A stretch of DNA of 64,000 bases. It comes from an uncultured Gammaproteobacteria bacterium (GTDB lineage Bacteria; Patescibacteriota; Patescibacteriia; Magasanikbacterales; GWA2-37-8). A program made the translations under genes and the position numbers. How positions within the stretch are numbered: position 1 is the first letter of the stretch; each line of letters opens with the position of its first letter. The DNA lies in the NCBI GenBank assembly GCA_964478235.1, contig CAYZGX010000001.1, positions 163,850-227,849 of the forward strand, in the 5' to 3' direction. Positions 18,879 to 27,656 of this stretch are shown here, in pieces. A model generated the notes under the pieces. It did no database searches, was not told the DNA's origin, and was given only the letters and a program-made list of their open reading frames with translations.

Positions 18879-18887
18879 CATTTCCCT

Positions 18888-20006
18888 ATGAAGATAGCCC
18901 TAGTCCATGACTATCTTGCTCAAGACGGAGGGGCGGAGCGAGTTTTAAAAGCATTTCACGAGCTGTGGCCACAAGCTCCTATTTTTGTATTGTTCTACGA
19001 CAACAAAAAAATAACCGATTTCTCCACAGCTACTATCAACGAATCGTTTCTCAAACACGTTCCTGGTATCTATACTCATTTTCAGTGGTATCTCCCACTC
19101 ATGCCTTTGGCTACTGAAAAATACAACCTCGACGCCTTTGATGTTGTTCTCTCTTCTACTAGTGCCTTTGCCAAAGGGGTTATCACCCCTCCACACACCA
19201 TTCATATCTCCTACTGCCATACTCCAGCACGCTATTTATGGAGTGATACCCACCACTACGTTGACGGACTTCCCTACAACCGACTCGTGAAGTCTATTTT
19301 GCCAAGGTTTATCTCCAAAATGCGTTTGTGGGATAAAATGAGTGCTGATCGAGTTGATGTTTTTATCGCCAATTCAAAGACTGTTCAATCACGTATTAGC
19401 AAATACTACCGTCGTGACAGCACCATTATTCACCCCCCAGTTGATGCCCAAAAACTTCGTCTTAGCCCCACTGTCGAAGATTATTTTGTAGCCGGCGGAC
19501 GTCTTGTTCCCTACAAACGCATCGACCTGGTCATTCATACCTTCAATCGCCTCGGTTGGCCACTTAAGATTTTCGGTACCGGCCCTGAATTAAAACGGCT
19601 CCAAAGAATTGCCAAACCAAACATCACTTTCTTAGGGCGAATTAACGACGAAGAAAAAGCCGAGCTTCTCAGCCGGGCTAGCGCCTTTATCCATCCGCAA
19701 GTAGAGGATTTTGGAATAACCGCTGTTGAAAGTATGGCCTCAGGACGTCCAGTTATTGCCTTTTCCGAAGGTGGAGCTCTCGAAACAGTTGTCGCCCGAG
19801 AAACCGGCCTCTTCTTCACCGAACAAACCTGGGAATCACTGCTCGACACACTCCTCACCTTCAACAAAAATACTTGGGATAGCGCTCGCATCCGAGAACA
19901 CGCTCTCCAATTCGACTTGAGCGTTTTTAAAAACGCTATCAATAGTCACGTCACCGACCGATTTGAAGAATTTAAACGCGGTGTCACCCAACCAACTCTT
20001 GTATAA
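18888..20006 (+). CDS. Glycosyltransferase family 4
   Basis: MKIALVHDYLAQDGGAERV N-terminus and an E-x7-E motif (EDFGITAVESMASGRPVIA). Confidence 0.85.
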   Translation: MKIALVHDYLAQDGGAERVLKAFHELWPQAPIFVLFYDNKKITDFSTATINESFLKHVPGIYTHFQWYLPLMPLATEKYNLDAFDVVLSSTSAFAKGVITPPHTIHISYCHTPARYLWSDTHHYVDGLPYNRLVKSILPRFISKMRLWDKMSADRVDVFIANSKTVQSRISKYYRRDSTIIHPPVDAQKLRLSPTVEDYFVAGGRLVPYKRIDLVIHTFNRLGWPLKIFGTGPELKRLQRIAKPNITFLGRINDEEKAELLSRASAFIHPQVEDFGITAVESMASGRPVIAFSEGGALETVVARETGLFFTEQTWESLLDTLLTFNKNTWDSARIREHALQFDLSVFKNAINSHVTDRFEEFKRGVTQPTLV

Positions 20007-20009
20007 CCT

Positions 20010-21149
20010 ATGCATATCGGGATAGATCTGCGATCACTCGAACAAACTGAGCAAACTGGTGTTGGCGTGTTTACTCGTGATTTAGTTGAGACACTTGCGA
20101 CCGTTCTCCCTAAAAATTCATTGGTTGGGTTTGTTAATAAAGGCAGTAAAAAACTTTCCACCCTACCTCAATTTTCATCACGCCTCTCCACTAAACTGCT
20201 TAACACCAGCCTCCTAACAACCAATCACCCACACCTTGATAGATTGCTTGAAGAAAAAGCTCAATTGGACAAACCGCTCGATTTTTTTATCTCTCCCAAC
20301 AGTCATTTTACCAGCATCTCTCCTCAGACTCACCACATCCTGGTGATCCACGATATTGCCTTTGCCCTCTTCAAAGACTACTACACGCTCAAACAGCACC
20401 TCTGGCACCGACTCGTCAATCCAGCAAAACAAAGCTCAGCGCAAAATACCCATCTGGTTGTACCGTCGCACAATACAAAACGCGATGTGATTGATTATTT
20501 CAACATTAGTCCCGAAAAAATAACTGTCATTTATCCGGGCACACCTCTCACCAAAACAGAACCGTCTTCAACAGAAAAAATTCGTGAAAAATATAACCTA
20601 CCTCCCCGTTTTATTTTAGCTCTCGGCACCAACGAGCCGCGAAAAAATACCCCAGCCCTACTTCAAGCCTACGAACAGGCTGCACACAAACTCCCCCTCC
20701 CCTATGCACTAGTCATCGCCGGGGCAACCGGTTGGAAAAACACAGCCACCGAGCGCTCTATTAGCCAATCGGCGGTCAAAAAAAATATCCACATGATTGG
20801 ATATGTGGACGAAACGGATAAAGGCGCCCTCCTTCGTGAAGCCAGCCTCTGTATTTACCCCTCTTTTTATGAAGGGTTTGGCTTTCCAGCACTCGAAGCA
20901 ATGCAGGCCGGCACACCAGTTATCGCAAGCAACCGTTCATCGCTTATGGAAGTCACTGGTGCCTCAGCCTATGCCATAAACCCACACCATCCCGAAGAAA
21001 TTGCCGAGGGTATTTTTCGCCTACTAACCGATACTCAACTACGAAACAACCTGATCGCACAAGGAAAAACTCAAGCCGATCTTTTTTCATGGAAAAAAGC
21101 TGGTGAAGAATGGGCTGAACTGTTTAAGCGATTACAGAGAAAGATCTAA
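20010..21149 (+). CDS. Glycosyltransferase family 4
   Basis: Signature YEGFGFPALEAMQAGTPVIAS. The start lies 1 nt after the previous GT4 stop. Confidence 0.85.
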   Translation: MHIGIDLRSLEQTEQTGVGVFTRDLVETLATVLPKNSLVGFVNKGSKKLSTLPQFSSRLSTKLLNTSLLTTNHPHLDRLLEEKAQLDKPLDFFISPNSHFTSISPQTHHILVIHDIAFALFKDYYTLKQHLWHRLVNPAKQSSAQNTHLVVPSHNTKRDVIDYFNISPEKITVIYPGTPLTKTEPSSTEKIREKYNLPPRFILALGTNEPRKNTPALLQAYEQAAHKLPLPYALVIAGATGWKNTATERSISQSAVKKNIHMIGYVDETDKGALLREASLCIYPSFYEGFGFPALEAMQAGTPVIASNRSSLMEVTGASAYAINPHHPEEIAEGIFRLLTDTQLRNNLIAQGKTQADLFSWKKAGEEWAELFKRLQRKI

Positions 21150-22421
21150 ACCAGACAAAACATCAGCTAATGTTGGGAAAAGTGTAAACAACACTAACAC
21201 TACACTGACAATAATCAAGCGGATGATTGATTCCCACGTAACAAAGGCATAAAAAAATTTTCCTGCTCGAGACTGTTCTGGCAAACCAAGAATTTTTCCT
21301 TTTCGAAGCAATAACACCAAGAAAATAAGGATAATCGGTAAAAGCATGCCGTTGACCACCTGCGCAAAAATCATAATTTGGAACAAAGACACGAATGGCA
21401 ATAACGTAAAAATACAGCTTAGGCCAATAGTTACTGCCATCAAGCCGTAAAATACCCGGGCTTCTTTCCAGGTTGTATCCATACCATGCTCAAACCCAAA
21501 AGCTTCACAAATAGAGTAGCTCGTCGTAAGCGGTAAAATAAAAGCACCCAAAAGCGACGCAAAGAAAAATCCAACACCAAAAATAATCATCGCCGCCGAA
21601 CCAAGAATTGGTGTCAGGGCACGGGCTGCCGTTGATGCCGACTCCACTACCACACCGTGATCATACAAAACTTCTTTAGTGGTTATCATAATAGCTCCTG
21701 CAATCAGACAGGTAAAAAAAGCACTAATATACACTTCAATTTTTTGAAGACGATACTGTTCATGACTCGTTCCTTTATCAACCACGTACGACTGAATAAA
21801 AAATTGTCCCCACGGGGTAATAGTGGTGCCCATCACACCAAGTAGCGCCATCAAAAAAGCATAGTCAGCCGGCAAACTAACCGTCAAACTTTCCCGAGCC
21901 ACCTGTACCCAATCAGGTTGACTCATTACTGCCGAAATAATATAGACGAGCAAGAAAAGCGAGATGGTCATAAAAAAGCGCTCTGCCCGCTTAAACGAAC
22001 CTTTATACAGAAGAACCCAGACCAAAACACCAAAAAAAGGCACGGAAATCCATTTACTAATTCCAAACAATTCGAGTGCTGCTGCAATACCAGCAAACTC
22101 AGAAGTTGTGACGGCTAAATTCGCAAAAAATAACGTAGCAATGGCTAAAAACGTCCAACGAATATTAAACTGCTCGCGAATGAGGGCGGACAAACCTTTA
22201 CCGGTGAATACCCCGAGACGAATACCGATCTCTTGAGTAAAAGCGAGGGTGATGAAGTTGACCACTAAAACCCAGAGCAATCCATAACCAAAACGAGACC
22301 CGACGAACGAATAGGTACTAATCCCGCCAGCATCATTATTGGCCGTCCCAGCAATCAAGGCTGGCCCAAAAACAGCCAACGAAGCCATGATTTTCGAGGT
22401 TGTTGACTTAAAAAAACGCAT
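21132..22421 (-). CDS. NRAMP-family transporter with non-canonical metal-site motifs
   Basis: Eleven or twelve TM helices. TM1 region AGTANNDAGGISTYSFVGSRFGYGLLWVLVV is Nramp-like but lacks DPGN. The TM6 region GVMGTTITPWGQFF lacks the MPH Met and His. Confidence 0.8.
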   Translation of the reverse strand: MRFFKSTTSKIMASLAVFGPALIAGTANNDAGGISTYSFVGSRFGYGLLWVLVVNFITLAFTQEIGIRLGVFTGKGLSALIREQFNIRWTFLAIATLFFANLAVTTSEFAGIAAALELFGISKWISVPFFGVLVWVLLYKGSFKRAERFFMTISLFLLVYIISAVMSQPDWVQVARESLTVSLPADYAFLMALLGVMGTTITPWGQFFIQSYVVDKGTSHEQYRLQKIEVYISAFFTCLIAGAIMITTKEVLYDHGVVVESASTAARALTPILGSAAMIIFGVGFFFASLLGAFILPLTTSYSICEAFGFEHGMDTTWKEARVFYGLMAVTIGLSCIFTLLPFVSLFQIMIFAQVVNGMLLPIILIFLVLLLRKGKILGLPEQSRAGKFFYAFVTWESIIRLIIVSVVLVLFTLFPTLADVLSGLDLSL

Positions 22422-22432
22422 ACATCCAGAGA

Positions 22433-23638
22433 TTAAGCTTCGGGGTATAAAAACCGCATCACATCATCAATTGTCACCATACCGAGCAGACGATGTTTGG
22501 TGTCAACAACAGCGGCCGTGTACAAATCGTATTTAGTCATGGTGCGCACCACATCACGAATACTATCTTCAACCTGCAAAACAGAGATGGGGTGATCTTT
22601 GGGAATTAAATCACTCAATAATTGAGCTGGCTCAGAAATAAGTAACCGACGAAGCGATACCGCTCCTCTAAACGTACCGTTAGCATCAACCACGTACACA
22701 TACAAAAGCGAGCGCATTGATTTGGAACGAAGTTTAATCTCCTCTAGTGTTTCTGCCACTGTCCAATCAGGCTGAACTTGCACCATGTCAGTAGTCATAA
22801 GACCGCCAGCTGAGTCATCTTTATACACCAAAAGACGCTCAACATTACCAAGCTTACGATCAGGTAATTGTGCGAGCACTCTTTTAGCCTCTTGTTCAGG
22901 CAACATTTGAATCAAATCAGTCAGCTCGTCAACTGGCATTTTTTCCAAAATGTCAGCGGATTTTTCAGGGCCGAGGCGACTCACCAAAATCTTCTGACGG
23001 CGGGGATCAAGCTCTTCGAGCACTTGCGCTGCTGTATCGTGATCAAGCGAAGTCACCAGGCGTGCCCCATGCTTAGCGCTTAAATCTTCAACAATGTTAG
23101 CTAAATCAGCCGGATGTAACCGAATTAAATCATTAGACAGCGAATCAACACGCAGAGCCCCCTTCACTCGCTGAGCTTTACGCCAATCAATCAAATTAAC
23201 TTTAAAGAAATCAAAGACATCCAAGAGATCGACGCCTAAACGACGTAAGATTGCTTTAAAACTCACATCAATACCAAGCACCGACATCTGATCACGAAAT
23301 ACTCCTAATTTTAAATCGTTCACTCGGACAACACGCGCTCCATCAATATCTACAATCTGTTCATCAATAATATCTCTATCTAAAAAAACACAGTCTTCAC
23401 TCGGAGCTGTTTCCGGAATGGCGTGTTCTGGATTTTTCAAAGTAATTTCAGCATTACCAAGATTGGCCACAAATGAAAATGGGATAGCCTTATCCCCACG
23501 ACGAGTGGCCACAACTAAAAACAGGAGCGGAGCATACCGACCTGGTTTAGGATCTATTAAAATGTCTTTTAGACGCCCGACTACCGTATCTGCGCTGTCT
23601 CGCACCTTCAGGCGAAGTAATTGACTAAAATACATCAT
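22433..23638 (-). CDS. MgtE N-terminal domain plus CBS-pair protein without transmembrane domain (cytosolic Mg2+-sensor-like module)
   Basis: PRC-barrel-like N-terminus, MgtE_N helical domain (ILEKMPVDELTDLIQMLPEQEAKRVLAQLPD), then two CBS domains. No hydrophobic C-terminal domain. It lies 11 nt upstream of the Nramp gene on the same strand. Confidence 0.75.
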   Translation of the reverse strand: MMYFSQLLRLKVRDSADTVVGRLKDILIDPKPGRYAPLLFLVVATRRGDKAIPFSFVANLGNAEITLKNPEHAIPETAPSEDCVFLDRDIIDEQIVDIDGARVVRVNDLKLGVFRDQMSVLGIDVSFKAILRRLGVDLLDVFDFFKVNLIDWRKAQRVKGALRVDSLSNDLIRLHPADLANIVEDLSAKHGARLVTSLDHDTAAQVLEELDPRRQKILVSRLGPEKSADILEKMPVDELTDLIQMLPEQEAKRVLAQLPDRKLGNVERLLVYKDDSAGGLMTTDMVQVQPDWTVAETLEEIKLRSKSMRSLLYVYVVDANGTFRGAVSLRRLLISEPAQLLSDLIPKDHPISVLQVEDSIRDVVRTMTKYDLYTAAVVDTKHRLLGMVTIDDVMRFLYPEA

Positions 23639-23797
23639 AAAAAGCTACCCGTAGTATACTCGCCTTAAGACAAAAATACAACTACAGACAAGGTGGATAG
23701 AATACTCTATTTTGGCTAATTTGTCAATAAAAAAGGCTTATTTGCCGGCTGGGCTAGCCAAGTAGAGGAGCATCTGGCATACTTACGGGAAGACTCT

Positions 23798-24925
23798 ATG
23801 CGTATTGGAATTGACGCTCGCATGTATGGCTCAGCCCAAGGTGGTTTAGGGCGCTACATTGAGCAACTACTTATCCATCTAGAAAAACAGCTTACCGACG
23901 AAGAAATGGTTGTTTTTTTACGTCGCGACAATTTTAACGCCTACCAGCCAACCCACAAAAACATCACCAAAGTCCTAGCTGACATCCCCTGGTATGGTTG
24001 GCGCGAACAACTACTGTTACCCAAAATTATTACCGCATCAAACGTTGATGTAATGCATTTTCCTCATTGGAACGTACCACTGCGCTATAACCAGCCATTC
24101 GTTGTCACTGTCCACGACTTGCTCCTCCTGCACTTCCCCACTCGCGAAGCGAGCACCCTTGGACCAATTACCTACATGCTTAAAAACTGGGTTTTTAAAC
24201 GCGTCTTGCGTCACGCTGTCGCCTCTTCCCGCCTCATTATCACTCCTAGCGACTACACCAAACAAGATATCGTCAAAACACTGGCTATTTCTGAAAAGAA
24301 AATACATGTTACCAAGCAAGCAGCGACTGTTTTTGCTAAAACCACACCAAAATCATTGGATCACTACGGAATTACCAAGCCATTTGTCCTCTATGTCGGT
24401 GTAAGCTACCCCCACAAAAACCTCGACACACTCCTCACTGCCTGGACATTATTTGAAAAAAAATACGGTACCGATTACCAGCTTGTTTTGGTTGGAAAAG
24501 AAAATTTCTTTTATCGTCGACTGCTCAAAAGCGCCACTGCCAAGGCTTGCCAAGGGCTGGTGTATACCAATTTTGTTCCTGATGAAGAATTACCAAAATT
24601 CTACCAAGAAAGTCGTCTCTACGTACTCCCAAGCCTCTATGAAGGTTATGCTTTACCAGCACTTGAAGCTATGGCCTATAACCTGCCAGTAGCTTCCTCG
24701 AACGCCACCTGCCTACCAGAGGTGCTGCAAGACGGGGCTCTCTACTTTGATCCAACCAACCCTGATTCAATCGTCTCAGCCTTATTTCAAGGGCTTACTA
24801 ACGAGTCAACTCGTCAAAAATTAAAAGAAAATGGAGCTCAAATCGTGGCCAGCTACCAAGCTCACGACCTTGCCCGAAAAACCCTTGCTCTCTATCACCA
24901 AGCAGTGGATAACCAGACCCTCTAA
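23798..24925 (+). CDS. Glycosyltransferase family 4
   Basis: MRIGIDARMYGSAQGGLGRY N-terminus and YEGYALPALEAMAYNLPVASS signature. Confidence 0.85.
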   Translation: MRIGIDARMYGSAQGGLGRYIEQLLIHLEKQLTDEEMVVFLRRDNFNAYQPTHKNITKVLADIPWYGWREQLLLPKIITASNVDVMHFPHWNVPLRYNQPFVVTVHDLLLLHFPTREASTLGPITYMLKNWVFKRVLRHAVASSRLIITPSDYTKQDIVKTLAISEKKIHVTKQAATVFAKTTPKSLDHYGITKPFVLYVGVSYPHKNLDTLLTAWTLFEKKYGTDYQLVLVGKENFFYRRLLKSATAKACQGLVYTNFVPDEELPKFYQESRLYVLPSLYEGYALPALEAMAYNLPVASSNATCLPEVLQDGALYFDPTNPDSIVSALFQGLTNESTRQKLKENGAQIVASYQAHDLARKTLALYHQAVDNQTL

Positions 24926-25011
24926 ACGAGTTCCGAAAAACAACAAAATAGTGTATACTATAAGGGTGAACACATTTTTTGTTTCGCTTGTCAGCATTAA
25001 TCGTGTAGCTC

Positions 25012-27621
25012 ATGTCATCCGCTCATAAGAGAGTCCAATTACGACGCTGCCAGGGTTGTAATAAACCCGGCCACAATCGCGCTCGCTGTACCGCCCCTCT
25101 CAGCGCTGTTGTGTCGACACTCCAAAAAACTATCACCAAATCACCTCGCGTTCAAAAAACTGAACCGACCGTTGTTGTTGCTAACAAAACTATTCCAACT
25201 ACCCCACCTGCCCCTCAGACATCCCGGCACCTCAAAATGTTCGTCCACCATGTTGATTCCCGCCCAGAACACTCTCCACATGTTGTAAACCTACGCTCCA
25301 AAAACGACATTAGTTGGAAAAAAACAACTGCCGCCTCTCCAGAAAAAAACGATTCACTCTATCACACCTATCATCAAACAATTGTCGAAGAAGCGACCAC
25401 GCTCCCGCCAATAACCACACTACCAATTTCATTACTACCAGTTTCTAAAGAACCCGGCGCTCTTCGTTCTTGGTTCAAAAAAATAACAACAAAGCCAACC
25501 CAATCCGACGAAGCAGTTTTTTCTGTAGAGCTACAAAAAACCTCTCCTCGACCAACAACGATTACCCCTAATCAAAATTTTCAGTTAGAGAAAACACCAT
25601 CTCTAACAGATCGCTGGCAGAATCTTACCCAGATGCTTCCTGGTGCCAAGCGTCTGGTGGCCGCTGGAACACTCTTAGCAATACTCGTCAGTGTTCCTGG
25701 TCCAGCATATGGCTATTACCAAGATATTTTAAGCACTAAAGCCTCAGTTATCAAAGATTCAAGCGAAGCTTTTTTAGCTCTTCAAGACTCCACCATCGCT
25801 TTAAAGCAAGCTGATTTCTCTAGAGCTGAAATAGCCACCGCCCAAGCTCTCGGCAAATTTAACACGGCTTTAAGCGCCCTCAACGACCACCGCTTCATTG
25901 AAACGTTGACCAGCATTATCCCTACCGTCGGCGGATCACTCGAGAGCCGACAAAAGATTCTACTAGCCGGTCAAGAAATTACCGTTGGCAACAGCTATCT
26001 ATTACAAGGCCTCAAAAAAGATGCTACTACTGGCGGATTTTCTAGCCACCTACAAACAGTCATCGAAAATCTCCACCTCGCTATTCCTAACTATGAAAAA
26101 GCTGCTCAAAACTTAGCCGAGGTTGACCCAAAAACACTTCCTATTGAATACCAAGCACAATTCGGAGATTTTCGTCGCCTCATGGGCAGCGTGCTTAGCG
26201 ATTTTAAAACTATCGACAGTGTCGGTTCATCATTTTTGGATATTTTTGGGACCAAAGGTACTCGACGCTATATCATTGTTTTCCAAAACCCAGCTGAACT
26301 TCGTCCAACTGGTGGTTTTATGGGAAGTTTTGCTGTGCTCACCGTCAAAGATGGAGCAATCACTAAGATGACTGTTCCTCCAGGCGGAACGTATGACCTC
26401 CAAGGACAGCTACGCAAAGTTGTTGAGCCTCCTACCCCCCTACTTCTTTCCAACAAACGTTGGGAATTCCAAGACGCCAACTGGTTCCCAAGCTTCCCGG
26501 TAAGTGCTGAAAAAATAATGTGGTTCTATCGCAACAGTCTCGGCGAAAGCGTTGATGGAGTTATTGCTATCAATGCCTCTGTTTTGGAACGCCTACTCAG
26601 CATTATGGGCCCAGTGACCGATGAAAAACGTGCTGTCACCCTACACAGCGACACCGCTCTCGCGACTATTCAAAAAATTGTTGAAGAAGGTCCAGAAAAA
26701 CAGATTAACAAACCAAAACAAATTATCGCTGATTTGGCTCCTGGGCTGGTAAAACAAATTAGCACGGCCAATACCGCTCAAATCATTCCTCTTTTAACCG
26801 AACTCCAAGAGGCTTTAGAACAAAAAGAAATCCAGGCCTATTTCACCGATGGAGAAGTGCAGAACACTATCAAAAACCTTGGTTGGTCGGGCGAGCTGGT
26901 TGCCACCAATAAAAACCAGGATTATGTTATGGTCGTCAACACCAATATTCAAGGCGAAAAAAGTGACGCCAATATATCTCAAACAGTGAGCCACCAATCA
27001 GTAGTAGCTCAAGACGGAACTATCACCAACACCGTCACTATTACTCGTCGTCATAATGGTACAAAAGGTGAAAAATTATACGGCACTACCAATATTAACT
27101 ACCTACGCTTATACGTTCCAGAGGGAAGCTCACTACTCAGCGCCAGTGGTTTTATGTGGCCCGACGAAAAAGCCTTCCGCGCTCCGCTAAAGTGGGCTGA
27201 GAAAGACACTCTTCTCACCGCCGTTGAAGATGAACAGTCTATCGACAGCGAAACTGGCACCAGAGTGACCAATGAGCTTGGAAAAACCGCTTTTGGCAAC
27301 TGGGTTATTACCGAACCAGGCAGTGAAAGCACTGTCAGCTTCACCTACCGCCTGCCATTCAAAATCCGCCCAATCATTGAACAAAAAACTGCTTGGGAAA
27401 AAGTCGTAGCCCCACTCACCAATCCAATCGCTCGTTACCAACTGATAGCTCAACGACAATCAGGATCGCTATCGACCTTTGATAGTCAGGTTATTTTTAC
27501 CAGCGACTGGCACCCCTACTGGCAAGAAGGCGAGAATATGACCCTTGCCACCAATGGCGCTCGTATCGCTCCAACCAACCTCACCAAAGATACCGTGTGG
27601 AGCTTGGTGATGCAGCGCTAA
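25012..27621 (+). CDS. Large membrane-anchored protein: N-terminal CCHC zinc-knuckle and Thr/Pro-rich cytoplasmic region, single TM, large extracytoplasmic domain (DUF4012-like, tentative)
   Basis: 869 aa. CQGCNKPGHNRARC at residues 13-26, TM at about residues 215-235, extracellular region with RYIIVFQNPAELRPTGGFMGSFAVL. Confidence 0.55.
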   Translation: MSSAHKRVQLRRCQGCNKPGHNRARCTAPLSAVVSTLQKTITKSPRVQKTEPTVVVANKTIPTTPPAPQTSRHLKMFVHHVDSRPEHSPHVVNLRSKNDISWKKTTAASPEKNDSLYHTYHQTIVEEATTLPPITTLPISLLPVSKEPGALRSWFKKITTKPTQSDEAVFSVELQKTSPRPTTITPNQNFQLEKTPSLTDRWQNLTQMLPGAKRLVAAGTLLAILVSVPGPAYGYYQDILSTKASVIKDSSEAFLALQDSTIALKQADFSRAEIATAQALGKFNTALSALNDHRFIETLTSIIPTVGGSLESRQKILLAGQEITVGNSYLLQGLKKDATTGGFSSHLQTVIENLHLAIPNYEKAAQNLAEVDPKTLPIEYQAQFGDFRRLMGSVLSDFKTIDSVGSSFLDIFGTKGTRRYIIVFQNPAELRPTGGFMGSFAVLTVKDGAITKMTVPPGGTYDLQGQLRKVVEPPTPLLLSNKRWEFQDANWFPSFPVSAEKIMWFYRNSLGESVDGVIAINASVLERLLSIMGPVTDEKRAVTLHSDTALATIQKIVEEGPEKQINKPKQIIADLAPGLVKQISTANTAQIIPLLTELQEALEQKEIQAYFTDGEVQNTIKNLGWSGELVATNKNQDYVMVVNTNIQGEKSDANISQTVSHQSVVAQDGTITNTVTITRRHNGTKGEKLYGTTNINYLRLYVPEGSSLLSASGFMWPDEKAFRAPLKWAEKDTLLTAVEDEQSIDSETGTRVTNELGKTAFGNWVITEPGSESTVSFTYRLPFKIRPIIEQKTAWEKVVAPLTNPIARYQLIAQRQSGSLSTFDSQVIFTSDWHPYWQEGENMTLATNGARIAPTNLTKDTVWSLVMQR

Positions 27622-27656
27622 ACGCTGTCCGTTCATTATTAGGGTTATTTATTTGT

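Noticed and set aside
23639-23797. Possible small RNA in the divergent region between the MgtE-N gene and the GT4 gene
   Set aside because: It contains only promoter-like elements (palindromic AGTATACT, TTGTCA). There is no convincing conserved ncRNA motif or stable structure beyond that.
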